Shown: in pieces, positions 35,764 through 44,412 of the stretch | How positions within the stretch are numbered: the stretch's first letter is position 1 | How the letters are laid out: the number at the start of each line of letters is the position of its first letter | From: a virus | Lineage: Duplodnaviria > Caudoviricetes | IMG/VR virus record: IMGVR_UViG_3300020411_000002 | Reading direction: 5' to 3' (one strand) | DNA: 64,000 bases | Translations under genes and position numbers: made by a program | Notes under the pieces: model-generated | Databases searched by the model: none | What the model saw: only the letters and a program-made list of their open reading frames with translations | Told to the model about the DNA's origin: nothing

Positions 35764-36502
35764 AGATAGATTCTCTGTTCTGGACTTTCTGAATACGCAT
35801 CTGTATCTCAGGGTCTTTAAGTCGGTCTTTGAAACTACTTTTGGGAAACTTCTTTAAGTACTTTTCTTTTTCGTGAGGGTCAAACTCGTACAAGAATGTA
35901 TGCTCAGAAACACTTGCATCAAAGTGGTAAGTGTCTTGAAGATAGACACTGCCTCTACTGGGCTTTAAGTTAGCAACACATAAACCACCACGCCATGCTA
36001 ACTTGGTAATTAACCATCGTCTGTTCTTACCTGTTACTTTGCGCTTACGTGCTGGAACTCTATTTGTAAGCCAAACTCTAAGTCTCTTCTTACCATTCTC
36101 TACCGTAACATCAGGTTCTTTTTGTTTACCAGTTACAGGGTCTTTAAAGTTGCAGCATAGTGTAAGCAATCCCACTTTATGTTTCTTACATTCGTCTACA
36201 ATGAACTGACCTTTATCTGAATCATATAACCATTCTGGAATACAGAAATACATTTTGTTGCAGTAGTCTAGGTATGTGTGCCACTTGGTATCTGTAGCAA
36301 AGTCTTCCCAACAGCTTTTTATTTCTGTTATTATGATTTCACCTTTCATACTGAACGCAACTAAATCGGCGCGACTGCCTTTGTTTTTGCTTATGCCTAC
36401 TTCTTCGTATAGACTGTAGTTCTTATCTGCAAAGTACCTGACACACGCTTCGGTCGACCTTGCAGTTATTTCTTTTCTTCCAAATGTTTTTTGAACACTC
36501 AT
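35696..36502 (-). CDS. MmcB-like PD-(D/E)xK endonuclease
   Basis: RADLVAF..KGEIIITEIKSCWEDF.TD.KW..YLDYCNKMYF, characteristic of the MmcB family; Arg/Lys-rich tail. Confidence 0.75.
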   Translation of the reverse strand: MSVQKTFGRKEITARSTEACVRYFADKNYSLYEEVGISKNKGSRADLVAFSMKGEIIITEIKSCWEDFATDTKWHTYLDYCNKMYFCIPEWLYDSDKGQFIVDECKKHKVGLLTLCCNFKDPVTGKQKEPDVTVENGKKRLRVWLTNRVPARKRKVTGKNRRWLITKLAWRGGLCVANLKPSRGSVYLQDTYHFDASVSEHTFLYEFDPHEKEKYLKKFPKSSFKDRLKDPEIQMRIQKVQNRESIYEDTSKSISNKPAHRKGRKRKR

Positions 36503-36951
36503 TCTGATTTTATAACATGGACAATACGAACATCGTTAGTAACTTGACTAAGAGGTAAGTACCCGATTCCGCCTTCGTCTAATGTTATTCCATTAATTAA
36601 CTGTGAGGGCTTGCTTACAAGCACTGGAGGCTGTACGTTGTTAGTATACAAATTCTTAGCCCAAGAACTCTGAATTTCAAACAAAGTCTTATCAGCTAGA
36701 AAATTTTTATTAAATTGATCGATAAGTACTGGGTCGTTTACCATATAGATAGTGAGGAAGAGATTAACTTTAGAATAACCTTTCCGTTTACCTAGAAATA
36801 TCTCTCTTATATTTGAACGTGTTATGTCTGAATAGTTAGACTGATTTACAACGACTACTATATCTGAACTTGCATCGTATATAGGCTCTTCTAATGAGTA
36901 CGAAAAGAAAGGCATCAAAGAAAAGAAAGATAGCGTTAGCAGCTTTTGCAT
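36499..36951 (-). CDS. Secreted protein resembling the small 'phosphate ABC transporter substrate-binding' family
   Basis: Signal-peptide-like N-terminus; VVVVNQSN...ITRSNIREIFLGK...W.K.LYT...P......GGIGYL. Confidence 0.65.
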   Translation of the reverse strand: MQKLLTLSFFSLMPFFSYSLEEPIYDASSDIVVVVNQSNYSDITRSNIREIFLGKRKGYSKVNLFLTIYMVNDPVLIDQFNKNFLADKTLFEIQSSWAKNLYTNNVQPPVLVSKPSQLINGITLDEGGIGYLPLSQVTNDVRIVHVIKSE

Positions 36952-36952
36952 A

Positions 36953-37396
36953 TCAGTCCTCTTGAATAGGTTCTATATATTCACCAGCAAGCTCTAGTTT
37001 AAAATTAGCTAAATCCATTTCTAGGAATTTTTTCTTTTCTTCACTAGTTGGTTGATACTTGATAGAAATGTGTGGGCTGAACTCAGGATAAGAGTGTCTA
37101 AGTTTATAGACTTTCTTTAACGCTTCGTGTCTGCGTGAAAGAGCAGGTGCGTCTAGCTTTAAAACCAATGCTTCCCACTTATCGCCAGCTTTACCGAATA
37201 CGTCTTTACCTGTTACAGTAGCTTTGAAAGTTCTGTAAGGTGCAGGGGTAAACTTGTGATGTACATCATCTTCAGGAGCGTAAATAATTGTTGCATGTAA
37301 ATCATCAATCATTCTTGTGAAGTGTGCGCGGAATAAGTTTCTCAATTGCGCTTCGCTTTCAGGTGTAAGCCTAATACCTATATAAGTTCCAATCAT
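36953..37396 (-). CDS. acb1: Anti-CBASS 2H phosphodiesterase, Acb1 (T4 gp57B)-like
   Basis: TYIGIRL, LHATIIY, LVLKLD...L..RH, HSYPEFSPHISIKY and GEYIEP follow T4 Acb1 (LYVAAKF, IHSTICY, LVLVLD..YL..RH, HDFDDYTPHITLSY, REYKEP); similar length. Confidence 0.8.
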   Translation of the reverse strand: MIGTYIGIRLTPESEAQLRNLFRAHFTRMIDDLHATIIYAPEDDVHHKFTPAPYRTFKATVTGKDVFGKAGDKWEALVLKLDAPALSRRHEALKKVYKLRHSYPEFSPHISIKYQPTSEEKKKFLEMDLANFKLELAGEYIEPIQED

Positions 37397-37761
37397 GATA
37401 TCTTTCCCAATGTTTTAAACTTTGCTATGTGTACTACGTGTCTTCTATCCAACGAACCAAAGCGATACGTAAGAGCAGTAGGGTTGAATCGGTCTTCAAC
37501 GCGTTTGTCTTCGTATGTATCAAACAGAATAAATTTCTTTTGTTCGTCTAATACAATCATGTGAGAAGGGTCATTACTTCCCTTGTGACTTAGTAATGCA
37601 AAATGCAAATCAGGTCTACGTCTATTCTTAAAGTAATACATACTTCCAGCGTAGCAGCTTGCCTCTGAATGAGGTATGCGTTCTCTTCCTTGTGCTATGT
37701 CTTCTAACCAAGAAATACGCTCGTGTAGAGTACGATTAGATAGAGATATTAATAACTTCAT
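37393..37761 (-). CDS. Hypothetical protein
   Basis: 122-aa ORF; N-terminus MKLLISLS. Confidence 0.6.
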   Translation of the reverse strand: MKLLISLSNRTLHERISWLEDIAQGRERIPHSEASCYAGSMYYFKNRRRPDLHFALLSHKGSNDPSHMIVLDEQKKFILFDTYEDKRVEDRFNPTALTYRFGSLDRRHVVHIAKFKTLGKIS

Positions 37762-37776
37762 AAGAGTCTCTAATTG

Positions 37777-37800
37777 AAAAGAGGGGCATTGCCCCTCTTG
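37777..37800 (-). terminator. Rho-independent terminator closing the paralogue array
   Basis: AAGAGGGGC-AAT-GCCCCTCTT followed by TT on the minus strand. Confidence 0.75.
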
Positions 37801-37809
37801 ATAAGTTTA

Positions 37810-38334
37810 TTAAGTAAACGCTACGTCTAAATCGGTAGTAGAGTATTCGCGAGAATCAACAAAACCACCAAGTAGTTTCAAATCGGCGTCTGACTCTTCA
37901 TCGCCTACAGTACCTAGATATGATACGTTGGATCTTTCTGCTAGAGCAGGTAAGTCTGATTCTGTAACAATATTAGAACCTATATCTCTTTCTAATACCA
38001 AGAAAGCAAACCAAGTAGGCGTGCCTTCATTTATTTGTCTGAACAGTTCTAAACTTTCGCTTAGAGGCCACTGAACAAAGTTATAGTTCGGGAATCGAGG
38101 CTGCATACTCGAACCATACACGTTGAAGTTTAAAAGCGTATCTCCACGGTCAGAAGCCCAACTAAGAAGATTATTAACGATTACTTCTTGGTTGTCATCC
38201 ATTCCTTTTATAGCTTCTAGCTCTTCACGCGTAGGTTGCGTACCACCTGCAAAGACAAAAAGCATTTTAGAGCAAGGGGCACTAAAGGCAGAATAGTTAG
38301 ATAGTCTAACAAATGAATCTGAAACGTTTATCAT
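37810..38334 (-). CDS. Array paralogue, short (scaffold-only) type
   Basis: FVFAGGTQPT..EL, GTPTWF, GTVG....ADL.L. Confidence 0.75.
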   Translation of the reverse strand: MINVSDSFVRLSNYSAFSAPCSKMLFVFAGGTQPTREELEAIKGMDDNQEVIVNNLLSWASDRGDTLLNFNVYGSSMQPRFPNYNFVQWPLSESLELFRQINEGTPTWFAFLVLERDIGSNIVTESDLPALAERSNVSYLGTVGDEESDADLKLLGGFVDSREYSTTDLDVAFT

Positions 38335-39260
38335 TATACGTCCTCCACTTCGTCTGCAACAATTTCGCAGTGAACTAATCGAGCCGCTTGAGCAGGCTGG
38401 TGGTTTGTTTTAGCTAGAACCATTTCGGATGGTGATAGAGCGGAACCTACATTCATCCAAATGAAAGGAAAAGTTGTACCAAGTACATTTACCGAAGTAT
38501 GACTAACTAAGTCAAATAGAATAAGACCCCAAGTAACGTCATTCTTTGGAGTATTTACAAAGTCTGTTTTGTTAGAGAAGAAGTAAATACTTTCTATCCC
38601 CACTGTAGATATAGGTGCTACGTCAAACTGAACACGAACACGACTGCTATTAATAGGCTCTGCAAACTCTATTCTATCTTTCAGTTCATTTGAATCTACA
38701 ACTAAAGCAGTAGCCCAATCGCCGTTACCTTCATTTAGTGCTTCATCAAAGTACTTTACACTAAAATGTCCGTAATTGTAGGTAGCTGGAAAACGATAGT
38801 CAATACCATCAATTTGTGAATTTGCTTCAAATTCAAATTCAATGTAGTCCCCTACTTGTATGTACGTGTTACTGTACCAACGGTTAGACGGTAGGTGGTT
38901 AAATACATTAAGAAAATCGAAACGCTTAGCTTGTTCTATCTCTATATTTGTATCGACACTCAAAGGAACTAAATTGTTTACTTGTCCGCTACGATAAATA
39001 TCACTCCCATGACCCTTAAAGTGTATTCCAGTGTCTCCTGGTACACCTCTAAAGATAATAGAACTAGTATCGTCATTGTAAAGGAACTCAGACTCAATGA
39101 CTGCACTGCACTCGTTATACATAGATATCGGGTCTGTAGGGTCGAAAGTAAACAAATTTTTGTTAGCTGGAATATCTGAGCTAAACAAGAATATTTTACA
39201 TTGCTTTTTAGAAAGATTCTTTAAGGTCTTTCCTAGGCTTTTTGATTGCTCTATAATCAT
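38334..39260 (-). CDS. Array paralogue, long type with a discoidin (F5/8 type C)-like insert
   Basis: FLFSSDIP...FTFDP; insert EFEFEANSQIDG...DEALNEGNGDW...SRVRVQF...IESIYFF; VTWGLIL. Confidence 0.7.
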   Translation of the reverse strand: MIIEQSKSLGKTLKNLSKKQCKIFLFSSDIPANKNLFTFDPTDPISMYNECSAVIESEFLYNDDTSSIIFRGVPGDTGIHFKGHGSDIYRSGQVNNLVPLSVDTNIEIEQAKRFDFLNVFNHLPSNRWYSNTYIQVGDYIEFEFEANSQIDGIDYRFPATYNYGHFSVKYFDEALNEGNGDWATALVVDSNELKDRIEFAEPINSSRVRVQFDVAPISTVGIESIYFFSNKTDFVNTPKNDVTWGLILFDLVSHTSVNVLGTTFPFIWMNVGSALSPSEMVLAKTNHQPAQAARLVHCEIVADEVEDV

Positions 39261-39270
39261 TACATCAACC

Positions 39271-39831
39271 TTAATTAAGTTTGAATTTAATAGAAGACAG
39301 TTTGATAACTTTATCTAAAGTAACCTCAGTGTCAGAAATTTGAACCTCGCCGCCGTTTTCAACAGTATCAACGCGAGACATATTAATATAAAAAATAGCG
39401 TCAGTAGCGTCCACCAAAGGGTTTTCTAAATTAAAGTAATAAGATCTTACTACCATTGTAAGCAAGAAGCCTGCTTGACCTTCGGCTAATATATCAAACT
39501 TCGTTTCTGGACTTAATGAAGAATCAAATTCTATCAAGTCTTCATTAATTAGCGTCCACATTGAAGAATCGGCGTAAGTAAAACCTGTCGTACCCAAAAG
39601 AGTGTGTCCTAAATCATCTGAGATATAAGACAAAACATCTTTTATATTTACATTACCTATGTCACCAGTCGTTTGATTAAAGCGACCATCTTCTACAGCT
39701 TGTTGGAATTCATCAGCCGTAGGAGGCGTACCTGTGAAAAGTGCAAAAACCATTTGACCTTCATTAGTAACTTCGTATTCAATACCAACATAGTTGTTTG
39801 CCACAATAGACATTGATTTATTAATAAACAT
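39271..39831 (-). CDS. Array paralogue, short type
   Basis: FALFTGTPPTADEF, GQAGFLL, GGEVQISDT. Confidence 0.7.
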   Translation of the reverse strand: MFINKSMSIVANNYVGIEYEVTNEGQMVFALFTGTPPTADEFQQAVEDGRFNQTTGDIGNVNIKDVLSYISDDLGHTLLGTTGFTYADSSMWTLINEDLIEFDSSLSPETKFDILAEGQAGFLLTMVVRSYYFNLENPLVDATDAIFYINMSRVDTVENGGEVQISDTEVTLDKVIKLSSIKFKLN

Positions 39832-40859
39832 TAAAAGCTCTCCTTGGCTACAAACTTAAATTCAAGATTGAGCAAACTGTTAACACGCCCGGGTATAGGG
39901 TCTTCGTTAGAGAATATAGCTTCTCTTGGATCAAGAGGCCCACCAGCAGCGCTGACAATGTAAGGCATTTCAGGACTTACTTCAATAAATGTCTGATTTA
40001 CAGATAGTATACATGGAACTAGCAGCATCCAGCCGATAGTTGTTTGCGTATCTACTACAGTAGGTGTAGCACCGTAAAAAGAGATTTGTGCAATACGAGT
40101 ATTCAAGCTAGGAGAAGGTTCATTGAACTTAAAGCGAATTTTTCTAGTAGTCACTTCATCGAACCGAATCGTACTAAGACTAGATAGAGTTAAATCAACG
40201 GTATGGAAAGTTACCCAATCGCCGTTACCTTCATTCAAAGTATTATCCCAGCGCTGAATTTCTGTAGTCCCTACAAAAGCGTTGCTTTCTCGACTACTAT
40301 CGAACTCGATTAGATCGACAGGAACTTCTTTTTCAAAATCACACTCTAGATACAAGCCCGTAGTGCCTTCAGGAATCTCAGTATAAAAAGCAGCGTTGGT
40401 ATTAAAATCGTTCAGACCTGGAGTGAAGATAAAAGGAAAAGGAACTGTCGTTTCGTTTTCTGAAACTATCGAGTTTTTATCATAGTCTAATAGATTAGTA
40501 TTAGCAGTCTTAGGGATGTGTCTTGTCTTCTTCTTAGCATAGTCATAGTATCCTAACTTAGGAATACCAATAGGAACACCACGCTGCGACCATGCCACCT
40601 TGTCTTTTCTAGGACGAGAAGCTGTAACAAAGTTGGCTTGAACCATATTATTGTAGATAGCTTGCCAATTTAGAGTTCTGAAATCCTTAACAGGATAATC
40701 TAATATCTCATTAGAGTTAACAAACAAATCAAATGGTATTTCAGAGGGATTGGTAGGGGCAGTCCCTTCAAAAGCAAACGCGTAGTAATAAGGCCCTAGC
40801 TTGTCTACTATGTTGTGGGATCTAGTGTTACCAGAATAATCTAACATGCGTTTCCTCAC
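39831..40859 (-). CDS. Array paralogue, long type with a discoidin-like insert
   Basis: FAFEGTAPTNPSEIPFDL; WDNTLNEGNGDW; TRKIRFKF; IAQISFYG; IGWMLLV. Confidence 0.7.
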   Translation of the reverse strand: MRKRMLDYSGNTRSHNIVDKLGPYYYAFAFEGTAPTNPSEIPFDLFVNSNEILDYPVKDFRTLNWQAIYNNMVQANFVTASRPRKDKVAWSQRGVPIGIPKLGYYDYAKKKTRHIPKTANTNLLDYDKNSIVSENETTVPFPFIFTPGLNDFNTNAAFYTEIPEGTTGLYLECDFEKEVPVDLIEFDSSRESNAFVGTTEIQRWDNTLNEGNGDWVTFHTVDLTLSSLSTIRFDEVTTRKIRFKFNEPSPSLNTRIAQISFYGATPTVVDTQTTIGWMLLVPCILSVNQTFIEVSPEMPYIVSAAGGPLDPREAIFSNEDPIPGRVNSLLNLEFKFVAKESF

Positions 40860-41602
40860 ATACTAAAACGGGGGTTATTAGAAGGTTCACCAGACGGAAT
40901 GAATTTTAAACCGACAGGTGATACGAATTTAAAGCTTGTTGGTTGAACTTCATTTTCTACAATGTTCATAAAACTAACAGGCTTGGTTTCTGTACTGACA
41001 CCAGCAACGTCAATAGTAGAATTTCTTGAAGCTACTACTGACTCAACATCTATATCGAAAGAGACTTGACCCTCAAAATAGGTTGCGGTAGTCCAAATAG
41101 ACTCGCCGTTCAAGAACTTTACGTCTAACGATGCAGGAGTCTTTAAAGTTCGAGTATCTAAGATTCGTGGAACAAATTCAGAAGGACCTAGTGCCTTGTC
41201 TATCTGTTCATTTATCTGCGAAAAGAACACAGTAGAGTACGTTACTTCTAAAGCTGGTTCAGCTTGCATCTGTTTTGACTCTGAACCTACTAGATAGGTC
41301 ATATAGTTAGAAGTTGTTACTGTACTTATTGTAGCATCTGCTACAAACTCACCTAGTATTGTAGCATCAAGAGAGTAAAGCATTGCAACCTTCTTAAACT
41401 CTTGATCTTCTAAGAAGTAAGTACTTTGAGTAGCTCCACTGGATAGGATACTTTCGGTGTTGAAGTTGCTTTGTGTTATCGAGTAAACTGATACAGGGCC
41501 TGGAGTCTTAAAGAAGTGAGAACCAGATAGATTCTCACCATCGAATACATAAGTACCGGGCTCAAACTGATCAGCTACATACGGAATGACTTGTAGTAGC
41601 AT
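40856..41602 (-). CDS. Hypothetical beta-rich protein within the array (non-paralogue)
   Basis: 248-aa ORF lacking the array motifs. Confidence 0.6.
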   Translation of the reverse strand: MLLQVIPYVADQFEPGTYVFDGENLSGSHFFKTPGPVSVYSITQSNFNTESILSSGATQSTYFLEDQEFKKVAMLYSLDATILGEFVADATISTVTTSNYMTYLVGSESKQMQAEPALEVTYSTVFFSQINEQIDKALGPSEFVPRILDTRTLKTPASLDVKFLNGESIWTTATYFEGQVSFDIDVESVVASRNSTIDVAGVSTETKPVSFMNIVENEVQPTSFKFVSPVGLKFIPSGEPSNNPRFSM

Positions 41603-41611
41603 ATCTTTCCC

Positions 41612-42193
41612 TTATTCAGCAGGAGGTGTCTCTGGCTCGGCAGCAGGTGGAACAGGTTGTACATCAAATTGAATTACAACATCGTTCATTTTATGTCTGC
41701 GTGAAGTGCTGATTAGTGTATTTGCAATTTCCATATCCGACCCAGAGTCTACTGCACCTACTGTACCTACAACGTTCCAATAAGATACACTGTTAGTAGG
41801 GTTATTGTCTGGGTGTTGATACATCCAAAACCAAGTTGCCGTTTTATCGTCAGTAAGTCCGAAAGCAGTTTCATCACGTTGCGAAAACAAAAACTCTATT
41901 TGAGATTGCGTTACCAGTCGGCGCTGATTCATGTTATTGAACATGATATTCAAAAGCTCTGTATATCCAGCATTTGCGATAGCGTCTTTCATTTGACCTG
42001 CATACAACCAACCATCAGCATGGTAATTAGTTGTATCAGCAAGTGCTTGCATTTCTGCTTGCGTAGGAGGAGTACCGTCAAACAATATAACAGATATACT
42101 ATCGTTAGCGTTGCCGTAACACTCCCAATAGAGTTTAAGCAACATAGCCCTAAAGTCGTCATTAATTTCAATGTTCTGCATGTTTTTCTCCAA
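41612..42193 (-). CDS. Array paralogue, short type
   Basis: VILFDGTPPTQAEM, KTATWFW, GTVGAVDSGSDMEI. Confidence 0.75.
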   Translation of the reverse strand: MEKNMQNIEINDDFRAMLLKLYWECYGNANDSISVILFDGTPPTQAEMQALADTTNYHADGWLYAGQMKDAIANAGYTELLNIMFNNMNQRRLVTQSQIEFLFSQRDETAFGLTDDKTATWFWMYQHPDNNPTNSVSYWNVVGTVGAVDSGSDMEIANTLISTSRRHKMNDVVIQFDVQPVPPAAEPETPPAE

Positions 42194-42210
42194 ACTCGTT
42201 CATCTTTAAA

Positions 42211-43278
42211 TTAAAAAGTGTTGTCTATATCGATAAAGCCTCTTTGCAGTCGAGGTATATCTAAATTAGTCGCCTGTAGTGTATCAAACTCCAAGGGTGC
42301 GCCAGAGTTGTCTCCACTCTTACCTACGTTCAATAGCATAGCAGGATATCCTGGGTCTGGTTCAGCAAATGAACTAGCATATATCTTCTCATAGTAGCCA
42401 GAGTAAGTATCACGCTCAGGTAACATAAGAGCCCATGTAACAGTTCTTGAATCTTTACCCCAATCTGGTTCGTTTCCATAGAACTGAATTTGGTTCATAG
42501 CGAAAGTGCCGCCAGGTCCGTTACCAATTACCTTGAATCTGGTAGATATTATATCTGGAAATTCAAAATACATTTGAGTGCTATATACAGTATCATAAAG
42601 ATTATACTGGTCTACTGCTGTATACCAACCACCGTTACCGTCATTTAGTGTTTCGTCCCAAGCCTGTATAGTCCATAAGTTTGGTACGTTACCTGCGCTA
42701 GTCCAAGTCTTTAGAACCATTTGATTGATAGTTACAGGTTGGTCGTAAATAAACATGTGACCTGACGGACTAGAGTCATCAATAACTGAGCCGCCGTAGT
42801 TATTGATACTTTTTATTCGGTGTTCGTCATAGCGGCGAATCAATAAATCGTATCGATAAAGCCAGTGTGACTTACGTAGTGTATTTTCATCATCGTCATG
42901 AGAAGCTGGGTCTAGTAGTTGAGGTTCAAGTTCATCAGTCCAGTACTTTAGTGGAACACTACGTCTAGGTACTAGATGCCACTTGCGCCACTTAGGACTA
43001 AAGCCGTGTATATACGTTCCGAACTCCATGTCACCAGTAAGTGCCCAGTAATGTTTTGAATTTTCCGAAACTCTTTCTACATCAATCTGCTGGCTTGCAA
43101 CAGTATGCTTTTGCATTTCAAAAGGGTCTTTAATATCAAAAGGAAGATCGTTAATAGACTCAGGTGGCGTACCATCAAACAAGTGAAGCATAGCTGAACC
43201 TGTTTTCGGTGCATTAGTAGAAAACGCATAATAGAAAGCACTGATAGAAAAGCTTTCTTTAGAAGAAAATAAAAACAT
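42211..43278 (-). CDS. Array paralogue, long type with a discoidin-like insert
   Basis: LFDGTPPESINDLPFDI; WDETLNDGNGGW; STRFKV; MNQIQFYG; VTWALML. Confidence 0.7.
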   Translation of the reverse strand: MFLFSSKESFSISAFYYAFSTNAPKTGSAMLHLFDGTPPESINDLPFDIKDPFEMQKHTVASQQIDVERVSENSKHYWALTGDMEFGTYIHGFSPKWRKWHLVPRRSVPLKYWTDELEPQLLDPASHDDDENTLRKSHWLYRYDLLIRRYDEHRIKSINNYGGSVIDDSSPSGHMFIYDQPVTINQMVLKTWTSAGNVPNLWTIQAWDETLNDGNGGWYTAVDQYNLYDTVYSTQMYFEFPDIISTRFKVIGNGPGGTFAMNQIQFYGNEPDWGKDSRTVTWALMLPERDTYSGYYEKIYASSFAEPDPGYPAMLLNVGKSGDNSGAPLEFDTLQATNLDIPRLQRGFIDIDNTF

Positions 43279-43279
43279 G

Positions 43280-44410
43280 TTAACCCTCCGAGAACTTTAT
43301 GTTAAAGCTATTACATCTAACAATAGACCCACCATCTAGGTCTCTAGCTTTGTTTAGAATCAACATGTGGTTAGAGTCTGTTATGTCTCCTACGCTACAC
43401 ATCAAAATAGGAAGTCTACCTACTTGGGTCTCGCTGGAAGTATACACTCTTGGGAAATCATCAGTGCGATTTTCGTATGCATGTGGATAAACAAGAGCCC
43501 AAGTAATATCGTGAGTATCTTGTGCGTCATCAGGTTCAACACTAGACAACAAAGATATATGCTTGATATGCCAACTATATCTACCTGTATTTACCCCACT
43601 AACTTTAAACTTACGTGCAGTTACTTGTGGAATGTCCACAATTATATCTGACTCTACGTTAAAAGAAACTACAGATTCATCGTTGCGCCAGTGTTCTACC
43701 CACACAGAATTGGTTTCGTCCCAAACTTCAACAACTACAACACCGCTGGTATAAGGGGTTGAGCCGTGCGAATACACTTCTAACTTATCTACTGTTACAT
43801 CTTTACCGAAATCCATATATAGGCCAGTATCGTCGGAGAATGCGTATCGCCCACCAAAGTTTAATCCGTAATTAGCCCAAGTATCACCTTGGATGCCTGG
43901 AGTTCCTATATAACGCTCGTTGTAATAAGAATATGAACCGAAATAAGTTATCCAGCGGTGATGTTGAACTTCATTTAACGACAACTCATTTTCAGATCCA
44001 GGTTTAAGCGAGTATCTATCAGATGCATCCGCTCTATCAGGATTTGCTTCTAGATAATCAGTATGCAGTTCATACCTGCCTTGTGTCTTGGCATAAAGTC
44101 TCCAACATTTACGACGAAGATCCCAATGTGAAGATTTTACAGGAACTACGTTTAAGCTATGAAAAGATTCATGCGTATCGGCATTAGGTAATTCTCGAAC
44201 TTTACCAGATATCATAACTTGTGCAATACTGTTTCTATCAGTATCGTAAACGTTTTGAATATCCCAAGGAATTTCTTCTAGCGACTGAGGAACAGGACCA
44301 GAAAAAAGATAAACGTAGCTACGATCCCTACCTCCGGCGGTAGAATCATACGAAGTAAAGAACCTTGAAAAGGAATACGCGAAGCTACTTTTTGAACTAA
44401 AGGTAAACAT
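43280..44410 (-). CDS. Array paralogue, long type with a discoidin-like insert
   Basis: YLFSGPVPQSLEEIPWDI; MDFGKDVTVDKLEV; ARKFKV; WHIKHISLLS; ITWALV. Confidence 0.7.
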   Translation of the reverse strand: MFTFSSKSSFAYSFSRFFTSYDSTAGGRDRSYVYLFSGPVPQSLEEIPWDIQNVYDTDRNSIAQVMISGKVRELPNADTHESFHSLNVVPVKSSHWDLRRKCWRLYAKTQGRYELHTDYLEANPDRADASDRYSLKPGSENELSLNEVQHHRWITYFGSYSYYNERYIGTPGIQGDTWANYGLNFGGRYAFSDDTGLYMDFGKDVTVDKLEVYSHGSTPYTSGVVVVEVWDETNSVWVEHWRNDESVVSFNVESDIIVDIPQVTARKFKVSGVNTGRYSWHIKHISLLSSVEPDDAQDTHDITWALVYPHAYENRTDDFPRVYTSSETQVGRLPILMCSVGDITDSNHMLILNKARDLDGGSIVRCNSFNIKFSEG

Positions 44411-44412
44411 AA

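Noticed and set aside
36499-36951. A complete PstS phosphate-uptake auxiliary metabolic gene
   Set aside because: At 150 aa it is about half the size of PstS, and no transporter genes are nearby.
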